From: a virus | Lineage: Duplodnaviria; Caudoviricetes | Direction: 5' to 3' (one strand) | DNA length: 39,267 nt | IMG/VR virus record: IMGVR_UViG_3300025396_000033 | Span: 1-39,267 of that record | Shown: in pieces, positions 36,112 to 39,267 of the stretch | Numbering within the stretch: the stretch's first letter is position 1 | Layout of the letters: each line of letters starts with the position of its first letter | The notes under the pieces: generated by a model | Databases searched by the model: none | Seen by the model: only the letters and a program-made list of their open reading frames with translations | What the model was told of the DNA's origin: nothing | Program-made: the position numbers and the translations under genes

Positions 36112-36371
36112 TAGACTGTTTTACCTACTGTTTCCAAAATAGTGTTCAAGTCTTCGTGTTCTTGGTTAGTCTGTGTTAGACTTGCTTTGTGTGCGATACG
36201 AATTGCTTTTTTAAGAACAGAAGGTTTCACCTCTAATTCTTCTGCGATAGCTTTAACTGTGTCGTTAAGACCTTCGTTGAGGGTATCAACCTCGTGCATT
36301 ACTGCCATTCCTTCATTTATCAATTGTGTGAGCTTAATTTTTTGGTCACCGCTGAACATTTTTGTTGTCAT
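36111..36371 (-). CDS. Small dsDNA-binding protein (T4 DsbA/GapR-like)
   Basis: Helical ...VKAIAEELEVKPSVLKKAIRIAHK pattern; AGGAG RBS. Confidence 0.6.
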   Translation of the reverse strand: MTTKMFSGDQKIKLTQLINEGMAVMHEVDTLNEGLNDTVKAIAEELEVKPSVLKKAIRIAHKASLTQTNQEHEDLNTILETVGKTV

Positions 36372-36393
36372 AAATTCTCCTGAGAAAGTACTT

Positions 36394-36421
36394 ATTATAA
36401 AGCATTCTGTAGAGAAGTCAA
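36394..36421 (-). promoter_or_regulatory. sigma70 promoter of the replication operon
   Basis: TTGACT-16 nt-TATAAT. Confidence 0.65.
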
Positions 36422-36439
36422 ACTTTTTGCGTAATTAAT

Positions 36440-36844
36440 TTACCCTTTGTAGCCTTTAGGTAAGATGTGTTTAGATTGTCCTGAACGGTTCCATGACTGC
36501 CACATTCTTTCACCTTGGTCGGTTTGCATATCACTAGGAATAATGTCGTTGCCCAACATCTTGGCATACGCATACATGTTAGTTGCAATATTCTGACCTT
36601 GATAGTTTTTATTTACCCAGGTGTTTTGACTAATCAACGCTTTGTCATGTGGTTCTTCTGCAAGTTCGGCTTCAGCAACTACTTTTTTACCATCGTATAC
36701 AGTGATGATAAGTTGGTTACCCCAACCAGTATTGTTTTCTGTTGTAGCAACATATCTAAGCCCATGTATCTCTAATTCATGTTTGAAGTTAGAATGATAG
36801 ATATCTGGGTTTACTGTTTCGTTTATAAATTCACTTGCTCTCAT
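36440..36844 (-). CDS. GNAT-fold protein with MRASEF N-terminus (putative head-internal protein)
   Basis: V..NYQGQNIAT.MY (motif A-like), SD.QT.QG.RMW. Confidence 0.6.
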   Translation of the reverse strand: MRASEFINETVNPDIYHSNFKHELEIHGLRYVATTENNTGWGNQLIITVYDGKKVVAEAELAEEPHDKALISQNTWVNKNYQGQNIATNMYAYAKMLGNDIIPSDMQTDQGERMWQSWNRSGQSKHILPKGYKG

Positions 36845-37377
36845 TTTGTCACCGGGTTTCCAAATACTTGTTCACGAATCTTTCTACCATCTACGATTCG
36901 CTCGTAGTTCCCATTATTATCTAATAGTGTTAGATTACTATTTGGAAACAGTTGTTGTAATGTTTGTTCATCGGTAACAGGATTCAATCCTTGCTTACCT
37001 AATGTCCTTGCCATAGCATCACTTGATTCAATCCAAACACCCGGTTTAGTCAATAGATTTTTAACTCTATTAATAACCTTTTGTTTTGATTCAGTTTTGC
37101 CATCATGACCAATGCCTTGAATCTTGTAACCAGTCCAAGATTCATTTGGTCTTGCTCTACGATAGAATACAGTACAGTCTAAATTTGGATCTGGGTCCCA
37201 ATCTAATGCTACCCAATCACTTGCTGCAACTTGACTACTATTTTGAACAAACGAACCCAAGTTTGTATTCTTATATGCGTTATGAACTAAGTCAATCAAA
37301 TTGTTGGCCCACTCATGTTTCTCATTAGAGGTAACAAGTAGTTGCCAACGATTCTTGACTAGTTCACTTGCTCTCAT
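36841..37377 (-). CDS. Hypothetical protein with MRASEL N-terminus
   Basis: LV.NAY...G, GHDG; coupled. Confidence 0.6.
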   Translation of the reverse strand: MRASELVKNRWQLLVTSNEKHEWANNLIDLVHNAYKNTNLGSFVQNSSQVAASDWVALDWDPDPNLDCTVFYRRARPNESWTGYKIQGIGHDGKTESKQKVINRVKNLLTKPGVWIESSDAMARTLGKQGLNPVTDEQTLQQLFPNSNLTLLDNNGNYERIVDGRKIREQVFGNPVTK

Positions 37378-37931
37378 TTTGATTTTGGCTTTTGATGATG
37401 CTTCTTCATGTTGATAGCAATTGCAGCCTGTTGTGCTAGATTGGCAGCTTCTTCAACACTTTCATTTGGTACACAGTTGTTTACTTTCATACCTGGATGT
37501 GTTGGGCTATTTTTCATTCCTTCTTTGTGCTTACCTGGCCAGCATTTTTCAGCATTGCGTTGTGCTTGTGTGCGTTTCTTTTCAGAGATAAACTGTGTAG
37601 CACTTTCTAGCATTTGTTGCATTTCTTCAACACTCTCACAATGCCATCTACGCAAACTCTTATTGATATTGCTGTTTGGATCATGTGCAGTTTTAGCACC
37701 AGTGCGATGTTTCTTCATACCCTTCATACGAGCACAGAAACTGGCACGGCGTTTAGCGGCTTTACTACCTTTTTTCAATTTGCTTGGTTTTGTAGTTACA
37801 GCAGTTTGAATATGACTACCTGGGTGTTCTCTACGGTAAACACTCACGCTTTTCTTACTCATGCCACCAACACGTTTGTGATTGTGTTTGCTCCAATTTT
37901 CACCTTCTGTGATAACTTCTTGTATTTTCAT
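37374..37931 (-). CDS. Basic modular putative virion protein
   Basis: MKIQEVITE; RRASFCARM.G...SLRRWHC module; CWPG...VNNCVP module; E-rich linkers. Confidence 0.65.
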   Translation of the reverse strand: MKIQEVITEGENWSKHNHKRVGGMSKKSVSVYRREHPGSHIQTAVTTKPSKLKKGSKAAKRRASFCARMKGMKKHRTGAKTAHDPNSNINKSLRRWHCESVEEMQQMLESATQFISEKKRTQAQRNAEKCWPGKHKEGMKNSPTHPGMKVNNCVPNESVEEAANLAQQAAIAINMKKHHQKPKSK

Positions 37932-38566
37932 AATATCCTCAAATAGTCTTTAAAATTTTGATGACGGGCTTGTAAGCCAAGTAATGCCGGGTTAATTGCT
38001 TTGGTAACGCTAGTTGTGTCACCAAAGTTTTGAACGTTTGGCTTAACACGAGTCTTCCAATACCATAATGCAATTTTTGCAGCAACATCTGGCTTTGCTG
38101 CTAGTTCAGGGTGATTGACTAAATCAACACCAATCGCTTCACCTGCCATACGATAGTTGTCACGACCAGTTAACTGAACATAACCTCTACCATGATAACG
38201 TTCACCATCACCTGGCTTGTTGTTACCTAACATTCTTGCTGTTTTAGGAGCATAACGTATATCATATTTATGAGCAAAATAATCTTTGAACTTTGGCTTC
38301 TCAGACATTTTACTAAAGTCCCATGATTCATGTTTCATCTGACCCAAGAACTGAGCAAGTTCACTACCCTTTAATCCATTATGTCTTGCTACTTTTTGTA
38401 ACACAAGTTCATTGTCAGTGTTAGGGCTTAATACATTGTATTCTTCTGGTTGAGGCTTATACTGCATAGCATTAGCACCGGTAGCTGCCATCATACCGGT
38501 AGCGGCAGCACCTTTCATAAAGTTTCTACGACTCATACTCTCAACTAAGAATTCAATTGCTCTCAC
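37928..38566 (-). CDS. GH19 chitinase/lysozyme-like peptidoglycan hydrolase with twin-arginine motif
   Basis: AQFLGQ..HES, LGN...GDG.RY.GRGYVQLTGR.NY, P.L, T..IN; SRRNFMK followed by Ala-rich helix and ANA. Confidence 0.88.
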   Translation of the reverse strand: MRAIEFLVESMSRRNFMKGAAATGMMAATGANAMQYKPQPEEYNVLSPNTDNELVLQKVARHNGLKGSELAQFLGQMKHESWDFSKMSEKPKFKDYFAHKYDIRYAPKTARMLGNNKPGDGERYHGRGYVQLTGRDNYRMAGEAIGVDLVNHPELAAKPDVAAKIALWYWKTRVKPNVQNFGDTTSVTKAINPALLGLQARHQNFKDYLRIL

Positions 38567-39267
38567 TGGAATATCTCCGGATGGTTCTTGCCAAAAATCT
38601 TGATGTACTTACCAGCTAACATATCAGCCATGACTTCAATTGGACTACCTGGATAGCTGTCGCCAGGCTTAATCATACCCAATTGTGCTTGTCTCTCGTG
38701 TACTAACTCATGGAACACTGTACGCATGATATCAACCATGTTTCTTTTACCAGTGTAAATCCAAATTGTATTATCTTCTGGAGTATGTACTCCAGTGTGA
38801 TGACCTTTTTGTGCTTTTTCAGTGTCATCACTAAATATCATTCTTGGAAACGGCTCTTTAAGATGTAGTCGTCTACTAGTCCATTGAATGAACTCTTTCA
38901 TTATAGCATGGTCTTTGCTAGTTTTGATTTCTTCATTTATCTTTTTTTGACCATAATCTTTAAACACATCATCTAGTGATGATTCAAAAATTGATTCAAT
39001 AGTTTTACCTGTAACCTTAGATTCTGCCATTGATGTGCGTCTTTGGTCAGCATAATATTGTGCAGGTTTCATATAAACACCATTGGTTCTAGGTGCTGAA
39101 CCTTGACTAGATGCTCTACGCACTGCATCATAATCTAGTTTAGGTTTTGATTGTGGCTTTTTCTTAAAGTAATCAAAGACTCCTTCTTCCATATCATCTT
39201 CATTGAAGGGCATCATTCCTACATCCGGATCCTCCACTACACCTTTGATAGTATAGTCTGGTCTACT
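38563..39267 (-). CDS. HExxH zinc-metallopeptidase-like protein (5' partial)
   Basis: RT.FHELVH..Q...E..A; frame stays open to the window end. Confidence 0.65.
   Translation of the reverse strand, partial: SRPDYTIKGVVEDPDVGMMPFNEDDMEEGVFDYFKKKPQSKPKLDYDAVRRASSQGSAPRTNGVYMKPAQYYADQRRTSMAESKVTGKTIESIFESSLDDVFKDYGQKKINEEIKTSKDHAIMKEFIQWTSRRLHLKEPFPRMIFSDDTEKAQKGHHTGVHTPEDNTIWIYTGKRNMVDIMRTVFHELVHERQAQLGMIKPGDSYPGSPIEVMADMLAGKYIKIFGKNHPEIFQ

Noticed and set aside
626-37946. Numerous plus-strand ORFs in the track (e.g. 626-865, 4633-5040, 8594-8902, 12240-12488, 37408-37809)
   Set aside because: Antisense shadows of well-supported minus-strand genes, with no RBS or recognisable motifs. Only 8868-9551 was accepted.
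1-39267. Stop-codon reassignment, tRNA genes or integrase
   Set aside because: Genes are full length under the standard code and end in TAA, TGA or TAG. Intergenic gaps are short, and no tRNA cloverleaf or recombinase was seen by eye.

Overview
A ~39 kb, AT-rich (visually about 35-38% GC) segment of a large lytic dsDNA phage genome. It looks like a T4-like or jumbo myovirus and uses the standard genetic code. Nearly all genes are on the minus strand and tightly coupled by ATGA/TAATG overlaps. In reading order (right to left): (i) five probable head-internal proteins, four with a visible shared M-[RK]-x-x-E N-terminus, including a GH19 lysozyme with a Tat-like motif; (ii) a replisome block (DsbA-like protein, family-B DNA polymerase, clamp-like protein); (iii) an ~11 kb DNA-modification island with a TGT-fold DpdA-like transglycosylase, a DpdL-like T-fold protein, FolE, QueD and QueE but no QueC. 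The island also holds two GT-B glycosyltransferases, a TagD-like cytidylyltransferase, a GalE-like epimerase and an R67/DfrB-type DHFR wedged between queD and queE; (iv) UvsE, a ParB-like + GIY-YIG-like pair and RNase H; (v) many small early genes behind near-perfect sigma70 promoters, ATP-dependent DNA ligase, a lone plus-strand GIY-YIG-like homing endonuclease, a family of paralogous mini-genes ending in HFGV(K)E, two lipoproteins and a partial ClpX. The best candidate for an undescribed system is the QueC-less 7-deazaguanine pathway coupled to sugar-transfer genes and DfrB, with a possible preQ1-like pseudoknot in the queD leader. All calls come from motif recognition by eye; no searches were run.
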